Part shown: positions 34,455-41,263 of the stretch, piece by piece
How the letters are laid out: every line of letters begins with the position of its first letter
How positions within the stretch are numbered: the stretch's first letter is position 1
Assembly: GCA_030689665.1 (NCBI GenBank)
Contig: JAUYFS010000014.1
Location: forward strand, 1-52,590
Reading direction: 5' to 3'
Length of the DNA: 52,590 nucleotides
From: a bacterium
GTDB lineage: Bacteria; Patescibacteriota; Minisyncoccia; Minisyncoccales; JAUYFS01
Program-made: the position numbers and the translations under genes
Notes under the pieces: model-generated
Seen by the model: only the letters and a program-made list of their open reading frames with translations
Databases searched by the model: none
Told to the model about the DNA's origin: nothing

Positions 34455-35712
34455 CAGCCAAAAAAACAGAAGGTTCTCGGATATTTATATTCCTTCGCAA
34501 GAAGAAAAAACAGAAGCAACCTTAAAAGAAAATATCGGCAGGCGAGGAATAAAAATATCCTTAGGAATAAATTTGAAAAAAATAATTTTTTTAGCGGTCT
34601 TATTGGGAATTGCCAGCGTTTCTTTTGCCTACGCTTTTAACGTGAAATTAAATATTCAACTAACGCCAATTAAAGAAGATTTTTTAATTGAGGAAAAAGC
34701 GACAATTGAAAAATCAGCGCAAGCCAGCGATATTGAAAACCTTAAACTATCCAGCAAACCAATAGAAGTTGAAACTATAAAAAGCGAGTTATATCAAAGC
34801 GCGGGAAATAAAATATCCGAAACAAAAGCGACAGGAATTATAAGGGTTTATAACAATTATTCCGAAACGCCGCAGGCACTGGTGGCGACAACCAGATTTC
34901 TTTCGTCTGACGGCAAACTTTTCAGGACAACAAAAAAAGTTTCCATTCCCGGAGCTGAATATAAAAATGGAAAATTAACTTCCAATTACGCGGAAGTAAC
35001 CGTAGAAGCGGCAGAGGCAGGCGAAGAATACAATATTGAACCAGCCACATTTTCTATACCTGGTTTTGCCGGCACCGCTAAATACACTGGTTTTTACGGA
35101 AAATCATTGAATAAAATGACAGGCGGTTCCAGAAAAACAATTAAATTTGTTTCCAAAAACGATATCAGCAAAGCAAAAAACAGCTTGGAAAAACTTGTTT
35201 TTGAAGAGGGTTTGAAAGATTTGCAAAAACAGGTTCCAGATGGATATGAAATTATTCAGGGCAGTTTGGAACAGGAAATAATCAAAGACCAGTCCAATGT
35301 AAATGAGGGACTAGAGGCTGATAATTTTAGTTTAAAATTCAAAGCAAAATCAAAAGCGCTTATCATATCAAAGGAAGAATTAAATAATCTGGGTAAAAAA
35401 CTGGCTTTTAAGCGTTTATCTCAGGACAAAGAAATAAACCCGTCTTCCTTGGCTGTAAATTACGGAATTTCTGATTTTGATTCAGGCAAGGAAAAAATTG
35501 AAATTAATTTGGAGATAAAAGGAGAAAGTTTTACAAAAATAAACACAGACGCTTTATTTGAAGAAATAAAAACCCAAAGATTAAGTTCTTTGGAACAAAT
35601 TCTAAATGAAAAAAATAATTTTGCCGGCATTAAATTTGAAAAAACTCCTTTTTGGCTCAGCAGGGTTCCTTTAGACAAGGGAAAGGTCAAAATTGAGGTA
35701 AATCTTGACTAA
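34444..35712 (+). CDS. Hypothetical single-pass membrane protein
   Basis: One TM (IIFLAVLLGIASVSFAYAF) after a charged N-terminus, then a large extracytoplasmic beta-rich region. 11-nt overlap with alaS. Confidence 0.55.
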   Translation: MNFDSQKNRRFSDIYIPSQEEKTEATLKENIGRRGIKISLGINLKKIIFLAVLLGIASVSFAYAFNVKLNIQLTPIKEDFLIEEKATIEKSAQASDIENLKLSSKPIEVETIKSELYQSAGNKISETKATGIIRVYNNYSETPQALVATTRFLSSDGKLFRTTKKVSIPGAEYKNGKLTSNYAEVTVEAAEAGEEYNIEPATFSIPGFAGTAKYTGFYGKSLNKMTGGSRKTIKFVSKNDISKAKNSLEKLVFEEGLKDLQKQVPDGYEIIQGSLEQEIIKDQSNVNEGLEADNFSLKFKAKSKALIISKEELNNLGKKLAFKRLSQDKEINPSSLAVNYGISDFDSGKEKIEINLEIKGESFTKINTDALFEEIKTQRLSSLEQILNEKNNFAGIKFEKTPFWLSRVPLDKGKVKIEVNLD

Positions 35713-35754
35713 AAAATGTAAAAATTCCTAGTGCTGTTTACAAAATAATTCTTA

Positions 35755-36069
35755 GCGCGCAGAAACACTGCTTTCAAAAACCGGGACTATTTTGCCCCAG
35801 CGAGGCAAAATGTCCCTTGGTTCTCAACCTCGCTCGCCTCGCTGGAACTTTGGCGAAGCGGGCTCGCTCAGGCAGATCCTTCTTGAAAGAACGTTTCGGA
35901 ATCCCGTTGAGCTTGGTCTTGAAGCGAAGCGAAAAGTCAACGGGATGAGAACCGAGCCTGGCGCTTGCCGCTGGAGCAAGCGAACAGGCGGTTCTGAAAA
36001 GAAGGAGCTGCCGGAGCGCCATGCCCGCTCGGTTTCCGAAGCATTTTTTTCAGCAGTGTTTCTGCGCGC
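35755..36069 (+). ncRNA. Large GC-rich structured RNA candidate, class unknown
   Basis: A perfect 18-bp closing stem: GCGCGCAGAAACACTGCT (35755-35772) with AGCAGTGTTTCTGCGCGC (36052-36069). Internal helices: 35783-35796/35804-35816, 35902-35910/35937-35945 (9 bp), 35962-35968/35976-35982, and 35819-35826/35946-35953. GC content is far above the surrounding DNA. The ORFs here on both strands look non-protein-like. Confidence 0.6.
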
Positions 36070-36190
36070 GCCTCGTTGAAACTACAGCGAAACGGGCGCG
36101 AAAATTGTAAACAACGCTATTCTAGTTTTCCAAATGGCTATCTGGAAGCTTGGGTTAGAAATTGTAAACAATGATAGAAAATCTTATATC

Positions 36191-36219
36191 TTGACTAAAA
36201 AAACAATTTCTGCTAAATT
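36191..36219 (+). promoter_or_regulatory. infA/alpha-operon promoter (TTGACT-17-TAAATT)
   Basis: TTGACT at 36191-36196, a 17-nt spacer, and TAAATT at 36214-36219, 12 nt before the infA ATG. Confidence 0.5.
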
Positions 36220-36231
36220 TATATTATTCTG

Positions 36232-36450
36232 ATGTCTAAAGGAGAAATCAAAAAATACGGCATTGTAACAGAGGGTCTTCCAGACGCGAGATTTAGAGTT
36301 GAATTGGAAGACGGCAAATCAATAATCGCCTATATGGCGGGAAGGTTAAAAATACACAAAATTAAAATTTTGCCCGGAGACGCCGTGACTGTTGAATTTT
36401 CTCCTTATGATGAAAACAGGGGCAGGATTGTATATAGAGGAAAAAGATAA
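36232..36450 (+). CDS. infA: Translation initiation factor IF-1
   Basis: [51 protein letters not shown]. Confidence 0.97.
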   Translation: MSKGEIKKYGIVTEGLPDARFRVELEDGKSIIAYMAGRLKIHKIKILPGDAVTVEFSPYDENRGRIVYRGKR

Positions 36451-36461
36451 TTCAGCAAAAA

Positions 36462-36578
36462 ATGAAAGTCAGGTCTTCGGTAAAAAAAATTTGTAGAGAT
36501 TGTAAAATTGTGCGTCGAAAAGGACGCATTTATGTTATTTGCAAAAAAAATCCGAAACACAAACAAAGGCAGGGTTAA
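36462..36578 (+). CDS. rpmJ: 50S ribosomal protein L36 (38 aa; not in the supplied ORF track)
   Basis: Manual translation gives [38 protein letters not shown]. It sits in the canonical position between infA and rpsM. Confidence 0.93.
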   Translation: MKVRSSVKKICRDCKIVRRKGRIYVICKKNPKHKQRQG

Positions 36579-36590
36579 TTTTACAAAATT

Positions 36591-36980
36591 ATGCCAAGAT
36601 TAATAGGGATAAACATCCCGGACAACAAAAGAATAGAAAGGGCCCTAACATATATTTATGGAATTGGAATATCAAGAAGTAGAGAAATATTAAAAGCTAC
36701 TGGCGTTGATATTAATAAAAGGGCCAAAGATTTGACCCCGGACGAGTTAAAAAAACTAAAAGATTTTATTGAGAAAAGCTTTAAAACCGAAGGAGAACTA
36801 AGGAGAGAATTGATGATGAATATAAAACAGCTAAAAGAAATCGGATGCTGGAGAGGTCTTAGGCATGCAAAAGGATTAACAGTTAGGGGACAGAGAACAA
36901 AAAGAAACAGCAGAACCGTGAGAGGAAATGTAAGAAAAACGGTTGGAAGCGGACGCGTTAAAGCTCCGGCTCCGAAATAA
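36591..36980 (+). CDS. rpsM: 30S ribosomal protein S13
   Basis: MPRLIGINIPDNKRIERALTYIYGIG...GCWRGLRH. Confidence 0.97.
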   Translation: MPRLIGINIPDNKRIERALTYIYGIGISRSREILKATGVDINKRAKDLTPDELKKLKDFIEKSFKTEGELRRELMMNIKQLKEIGCWRGLRHAKGLTVRGQRTKRNSRTVRGNVRKTVGSGRVKAPAPK

Positions 36981-36995
36981 AATTAATTTCTAACA

Positions 36996-37454
36996 ATGGG
37001 CAAGAAAAAAATTATTCAAAAAAACGAAGAAGAACTTTTGCGAGAAAGAGAACAAGTAGAAGCAAATATTAGAAAAGAATTTCAGGGCGACGAAAAAAAG
37101 AAAGGCAGGATGATTGAAGGAAATATTTATATTTCTTCTTCTTACAATAATACGATTATCACTTTGGCGGATAATTCCGGGAATGTGATTGCCTGGGCAA
37201 GTTCCGGCAATATCGGTTATAAAGGAACAAAAAAGGGAACGCCGTACGCGGCGTCAAAAGTGGCAGAGCTTATTACGCAAAAAGCGAAAAAGGCCGGAGT
37301 TGAAAGAATCAATGTTTTTGTCAAAGGAATCGGCACTGGCAGAGATTCGGCGATCAGGTCTTTGGCTGCCCAGGGAATGGACATTATTTTGATAAAAGAT
37401 GTAACCCCGATTCCGCATAATGGCTGCAAGAGGCCAAGGAGAAGAAGAGTTTAA
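36996..37454 (+). CDS. rpsK: 30S ribosomal protein S11 (with an N-terminal extension)
   Basis: NNTIITLADNSGNVIAWASSG...KGTKKGTPYAA...DVTPIPHNGCKRPRRRRV. Confidence 0.96.
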   Translation: MGKKKIIQKNEEELLREREQVEANIRKEFQGDEKKKGRMIEGNIYISSSYNNTIITLADNSGNVIAWASSGNIGYKGTKKGTPYAASKVAELITQKAKKAGVERINVFVKGIGTGRDSAIRSLAAQGMDIILIKDVTPIPHNGCKRPRRRRV

Positions 37455-37468
37455 TTTCGTTTAAATTT

Positions 37469-38107
37469 ATGTCTTCAACAGTAAATTCAAAATGTAAAAT
37501 TTGCAGGAGATTGAACCAAAAATTGTTTTTAAAGGGCGAAAGATGTTTGTCGCCCAAGTGCGCTTTGGTTAAAAAACCTTATGCGCCGGGACCAAAAAAC
37601 AAAAAAAGATTTTCCAAACTCACTGAATATGGCAGAGAATTGGCGGAAAAACAGAAATTGAAAAAATGGTACAATTTAAGGGAAAAACAGTTCAAAAATT
37701 ACGTTCTTGAAGTTTTGGGAAAAAAAGGAAGGATGGGCGACGCGTCTTCTTATTTTATAAAAATTTTAGAAGAAAGATTGGACAATGTCGTTTTTAGGTT
37801 TGGGTTTGCTTTATCAAGGATTCACGCCAGACAACTTGTAAATCACGCCCATTTTTTGGTAAATGGCAAGGGCGTGAATATTCCGTCGTACCAGGTCAAA
37901 AAAGGCGATAAAATTTTAATTAAACCCTCGTCTTTAAAATTATCATATTTTCAAGGTCTGAAAACAAATTTAAAAAATTATGAAACTCAAAAATGGCTTA
38001 AGTTAAACAAAGAAACATTGGAAGGGGAAGTGGTTGGCGAGCCGACAATGGAAACAGCCAATCCTCCAGCGGAAATTCCTTCAATTTTTGAGTTTTACAC
38101 TAAATAA
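37469..38107 (+). CDS. rpsD: 30S ribosomal protein S4
   Basis: N-terminal CKICRR...C..PKC zinc motif; S4 domain RLDNVVFRFGFALSRIHARQLVNHAHFLVNGK. Confidence 0.96.
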   Translation: MSSTVNSKCKICRRLNQKLFLKGERCLSPKCALVKKPYAPGPKNKKRFSKLTEYGRELAEKQKLKKWYNLREKQFKNYVLEVLGKKGRMGDASSYFIKILEERLDNVVFRFGFALSRIHARQLVNHAHFLVNGKGVNIPSYQVKKGDKILIKPSSLKLSYFQGLKTNLKNYETQKWLKLNKETLEGEVVGEPTMETANPPAEIPSIFEFYTK

Positions 38108-38123
38108 AATTAATAAAATTTTT

Positions 38124-39119
38124 ATGATATCTTATCCTAAATCAATAAAAATAGTTAAAAAAACCGAGAATCACGGTATTTTTGAAATAGGGCCTTTTTA
38201 TCCCGGGTATGGAATCACCATTGGCAACAGTTTGCGCAGAGTTTTGCTTTCTTCTTTGGAGGGGGCGGCAATTACCAGGGCAAAAATAAAGGGTATTTCC
38301 CATGAATTTTCGGCAATTCCGGGAGTTATGGAAGATGTTTTGGTTTTAGTTTTAAATTTAAAACAGATTCGTTTTAAAATGTTCAGCGACGAGCCGGAAA
38401 AAGCATTGCTAAAAGTTAAGGGTGAGAGAGAGGCACGGGCAAAAGATATTGAGACCTCGCCCAATTTAGAAATTATCAACAAAGACGCTTTGATAGCCAC
38501 TTTAACAGAAAAGAAAGCTGAACTGGAAATGGAACTTACCATTGAAAGGGGGCTTGGTTATGAGCCGGCTGAAAGATTAGAAAAAAATAAAAAACTGGAA
38601 ATAGGAGAGATTGTTTTGGACGCGGTTTTTTCTCCGGTAACCAGAGTTATTTTCAAAACAGAAAACATTCGTGTCGGAGACAGGACTGATTTTGACAAAT
38701 TAATTTTGGAAATTGAAACAGATGGGACCATTGACCCTGACGGAGCATTATATAAATCAGCAGCCATCTTAAAGAAACATTTTGATTTTGTGGAAAGCAA
38801 TTTAGAACCAAAGGGAGAGAAAAAAGAAAAAAAGGAAAAAGGCGGAGAAAAAGAAGAAGAAAAAGATGAGATTGGAAAAATCAAAATTCAAGAATTAGGG
38901 CTTTCCCAAAGGGTTATTAACGCTCTAGAAAAGAATAAAATTAAAACAGTTAGCGGATTGATAAAGAAAAAAGAAAAGGATTTGTTGGAAATGGAAGGGC
39001 TGGGAGAACAAGCCGTTGGCGAGATAAAAAAGAAATTGAAAAAAATAGATTTGGAATTTTCCCCGATTTTATCGGGGACCCCGCCTTCAAAAATAAAAAA
39101 GGCGGCAAGGAAACAATAA
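38124..39119 (+). CDS. rpoA: DNA-directed RNA polymerase subunit alpha. The last ~19 codons are encoded by a REP-like element.
   Basis: GPFYPGYGITIGNSLRRVLLSSLEGAAI, with the alpha-CTD LGLSQRVINALEKNKIKTVSGL. ATG 38124 is preferred over 38034, which overlaps rpsD. Confidence 0.94.
   Translation: MISYPKSIKIVKKTENHGIFEIGPFYPGYGITIGNSLRRVLLSSLEGAAITRAKIKGISHEFSAIPGVMEDVLVLVLNLKQIRFKMFSDEPEKALLKVKGEREARAKDIETSPNLEIINKDALIATLTEKKAELEMELTIERGLGYEPAERLEKNKKLEIGEIVLDAVFSPVTRVIFKTENIRVGDRTDFDKLILEIETDGTIDPDGALYKSAAILKKHFDFVESNLEPKGEKKEKKEKGGEKEEEKDEIGKIKIQELGLSQRVINALEKNKIKTVSGLIKKKEKDLLEMEGLGEQAVGEIKKKLKKIDLEFSPILSGTPPSKIKKAARKQ
39061..39106 (-). repeat. REP-like double hairpin in inverse orientation, inside the rpoA 3' end
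   Basis: CCCCGAT-TTT-ATCGGGG (39061-39077), then CCGCC-N-GGCGG (39081-39105). On the minus strand this reads as the CCGCC...GGCGG plus CCCCGAT...ATCGGGG layout of the 27119 and 39973 copies. Confidence 0.7.
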
Positions 39120-39120
39120 A

Positions 39121-39229
39121 TTCACCCTCCCAAATTTTTGGGCGGCGAATTAGTCAAAAATAGCATTAAAATTAAATAACAATTAACATTCTCGCGATTT
39201 TTGGAAAGCCAAAAACTTGGGAGGGTAAA
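39121..39229 (+). repeat. Anti-SD/SD palindromic element, long form (copy D), between rpoA and rplQ
   Basis: TTCACCCTCCCAAATTTTT (39121-39139) pairs with AAAAACTTGGGAGGGTAAA (39211-39229) at 17/19 positions. The 71-nt loop is homologous to the loop of copy C. The right arm ends 3 nt before ATG 39233. Confidence 0.85.
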
Positions 39230-39232
39230 AAA

Positions 39233-39583
39233 ATGAGAAAAAGAAATAAAGGAAGAAAATTCGGCAGGGAAACCGGACAAAGAAAAGCGCTATTAAAGAC
39301 CCTAGCTAGTTCTTTGGTTTTAAAAGGAAGAATAGAAACAACAGAGGAAAGAGCCAAAGAGCTGAGAGGTTTTATTGAAAAAATAATAACCAGGGCCAGA
39401 AAGGGCGATTTGGCTTCTAAAAAAAATGTTTACAGTTATTTTAATAAAACCATTGGCAAAAAATTGATAGATGAAATCGCTCCCAACTATAAAGAAAGAA
39501 AGGGCGGCTATACAAGAATTTTTAAATTGAATCCTAGAAAAAGCGACGGCTCAAAAATGGCTTTAATTGAATTTGTTAATTAA
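39233..39583 (+). CDS. rplQ: 50S ribosomal protein L17
   Basis: RKFGRETGQRKALLKTLASSLV...GGYTRI. Confidence 0.95.
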   Translation: MRKRNKGRKFGRETGQRKALLKTLASSLVLKGRIETTEERAKELRGFIEKIITRARKGDLASKKNVYSYFNKTIGKKLIDEIAPNYKERKGGYTRIFKLNPRKSDGSKMALIEFVN

Positions 39584-39587
39584 AATT

Positions 39588-39950
39588 ATGGAAGAAAAAA
39601 TTGAGAGAAAAACATACACAATAGACGCAAACGGAAAAATTTTAGGGAGATTGGCTTCAAAAATAGCGGTTTTGTTGATGGGAAAAAACAAGCCAAGTTT
39701 TATTAAAAATAAAGACATGGGTGATTTTGTTATTGTGAAGAATGTAAGCAAAATTAGGTTTACCGGAAACAAAATAAAGAAAAAGATTTTTTACAGGCAC
39801 ACTGGTTATATCGGGAGTTTGAAAAAAATCACATTAGGAAAGGCGTTTGAGGAAAATCCGGCAAAGGTTTTAAGAGCATCAATTTTTGGAATGCTTCCTA
39901 AAAATCGCCAGAGAAAAGAACGCCTTAGAAGGCTTAAAATTGAATTATAG
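39588..39950 (+). CDS. rplM: 50S ribosomal protein L13
   Basis: YTIDANGKILGRLASKIAVLLMGKNKP...YRHTGYIGSLK. ATG 39588 is preferred over the TTG at 39567. Confidence 0.93.
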   Translation: MEEKIERKTYTIDANGKILGRLASKIAVLLMGKNKPSFIKNKDMGDFVIVKNVSKIRFTGNKIKKKIFYRHTGYIGSLKKITLGKAFEENPAKVLRASIFGMLPKNRQRKERLRRLKIEL

Positions 39951-39954
39951 GAAT

Positions 39955-40422
39955 ATGGAGAAAAAAATGAAATCCCGCCGCAAACTTCTTAATTTAGTAG
40001 GCGGGACCCCCGATAAATCGGGGGAAAACACAAATCTTGAATATTGCGAGGGAGTTGGCAGAAGGAAAACTTCCATTGCCAGAGTTAGAATTTATCCAAA
40101 AAAAAGAGAGAAGGATTTTTTAGTTAATGATAAAAATTTTGAAGATTATTTTAAAACCCTTGAACTTAGAAAAATTGGAGAATCTCCTTTTAAAGAGATT
40201 GGCTCTAACTTTTACACAACCGTCAAGGTAAGCGGCGGCGGCATAAGAAGCCAGGCAACTGCCTTAAAATTGGGCATTAGCAGGGCCTTGGTTGTTTTTA
40301 ACCCTGAATTTAGGCATCGTTTGAGAGCTGCTGATTATTTGACCCGCGACGCAAGAAAAAGAGAAAGGAAAAAATTCGGTTTGAAACGAGCTCGCAGGGC
40401 CCCGCAATGGAGAAAGAGATAA
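39955..40422 (+). CDS. rpsI: 30S ribosomal protein S9 with a REP-element-encoded N-terminal extension
   Basis: GVGRRKTSIARVRIYP...GGGIRSQA...LTRDARKRERKKFGLKRARRAPQWRKR. The only in-frame ATGs upstream of the S9 core are 39955 and 39967, so the REP at 39973-40024 is translated. Confidence 0.9.
   Translation: MEKKMKSRRKLLNLVGGTPDKSGENTNLEYCEGVGRRKTSIARVRIYPKKREKDFLVNDKNFEDYFKTLELRKIGESPFKEIGSNFYTTVKVSGGGIRSQATALKLGISRALVVFNPEFRHRLRAADYLTRDARKRERKKFGLKRARRAPQWRKR
39973..40024 (+). repeat. REP-like double hairpin inside the rpsI 5' coding region
   Basis: TCCCGCC (39973-39979) pairs with GGCGGGA (40000-40006). CCCCCGAT (40007-40014) pairs with ATCGGGGG (40017-40024). Confidence 0.8.
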
Positions 40423-40424
40423 TT

Positions 40425-40547
40425 CGCTCGGCAACGAACCCCGCCCTCTATCCTAAAAGTCAAAAGAAAGAAAATTAAAATATTACGGAAACACTTGGGA
40501 TATCCTCAAGAAAAAACACAGATTAGAGGGCGGGGTTGTTGCCTCGC
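40425..40547. repeat. Long GC-rich inverted repeat (~24-nt arms, 73-nt loop) downstream of rpsI
   Basis: AACCCCGCCCTCTA (40437-40450) pairs with TAGAGGGCGGGGTT (40524-40537), a perfect 14 bp. It is extended by GGCAAC/GTTGCC. The loop contains CTTGGGATATCCTCAAG. Confidence 0.75.
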
Positions 40548-40564
40548 TCCTGATATAAAAAGGT

Positions 40565-41263
40565 ATGTTAAAAGAACTTATTGATAATTTTTACAAAGAA
40601 AGAGAAAAAAATCGCCAACAGACAAAGTTTTGGATTACAGACGCTGGTCGTTGTCCGAGAATGATTTTTTTCAAATTTAAAAACGCTCCCAAAAAGGGAA
40701 TTGACCCGAGAATTCTTAGAATGTTTGACCATGGCGATTATATTCATCGCCTTATTTTGAACGCCTTGTTTAGCGTTGGCATAGTCAGGGCTTCTGAAAT
40801 TAACATACCCTCTCAAGAATTAATTTCAGGAAGAGCGGACGCGATTATAAGCGTTGGCGACGAAATGTATGTTCTGGACATCAAAAGCATGAACAGCATG
40901 GTTTTTAGGGGCTTGGAAAAACCAAAAGAAGAGAACGAGAATCAACTCCAACTTTATTTGCATTATTTCAAAATTCCCAAGGGCATTCTTTTATATGTCA
41001 ATAAAGATACCCAGGATTTAAGGGAGTTTTTTATTGAAAAAAATCAAGAAATAATTGATGCTTTATTAAAGGAATTGCAGGACTTGAAAAATAAAATAGA
41101 CAGCGACGAAACTCCTGCCGCTTTGGCTGATCGCTCAAAGAATTGGCAATGCCAGTATTGCCAATTTAAAGATATTTGTTCTTTGATAGGCGAGGATAAT
41201 TTAAGCTGGGATAGCGCCAAAAACAAAATAGAAGCCCTAGAAACTAAAAAAGAGGACCAATAA
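40565..41263 (+). CDS. Stand-alone Cas4/RecB-like PD-(D/E)XK exonuclease with a 4-Cys Fe-S cluster signature
   Basis: N-terminal Cys (DAGRCPRM), RADAI...VLDIKS, QLQLY (QxxxY), and the C-terminal CQYCQFKDIC (C-x2-C-x5-C). Confidence 0.75.
   Translation: MLKELIDNFYKEREKNRQQTKFWITDAGRCPRMIFFKFKNAPKKGIDPRILRMFDHGDYIHRLILNALFSVGIVRASEINIPSQELISGRADAIISVGDEMYVLDIKSMNSMVFRGLEKPKEENENQLQLYLHYFKIPKGILLYVNKDTQDLREFFIEKNQEIIDALLKELQDLKNKIDSDETPAALADRSKNWQCQYCQFKDICSLIGEDNLSWDSAKNKIEALETKKEDQ

Noticed and set aside
35755-36069. Identifying the GC-rich RNA as RNase P RNA, tmRNA, SRP RNA or 6S RNA
   Set aside because: On either strand I could not find the RNase P P4 motif (GGAAAGTCC / ACAGAA…CCGGCTTA type). 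Nor could I find a tRNA-like acceptor/T-arm with a tag ORF (tmRNA), or the SRP domain IV GGAA/AGCA loops. The size and shape do not fit 6S. This needs an Rfam scan to be definitive.
35774-36079. Track ORFs 35774-36022 (-) and 35792-36079 (+) inside the GC-rich island
   Set aside because: Both translate to R/P/G/S/A-rich sequences with no protein-like pattern. They overlap each other antisense and coincide with extensive base-pairing, so they are better explained as a structured RNA.
25923-36231. Interpreting the map-infA insertion as a prophage or integrative element
   Set aside because: There is no integrase, recombinase, tRNA target or clear flanking direct repeats. The block includes core genes (tpiA, alaS). 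I treated it as an operon rearrangement with an accessory left end.
40565-41263. The Cas4-like gene as evidence of a CRISPR-Cas locus
   Set aside because: There is no repeat-spacer array and there are no other cas genes anywhere in the 52.6 kb. I retained it only as a solo PD-(D/E)XK/Fe-S nuclease.
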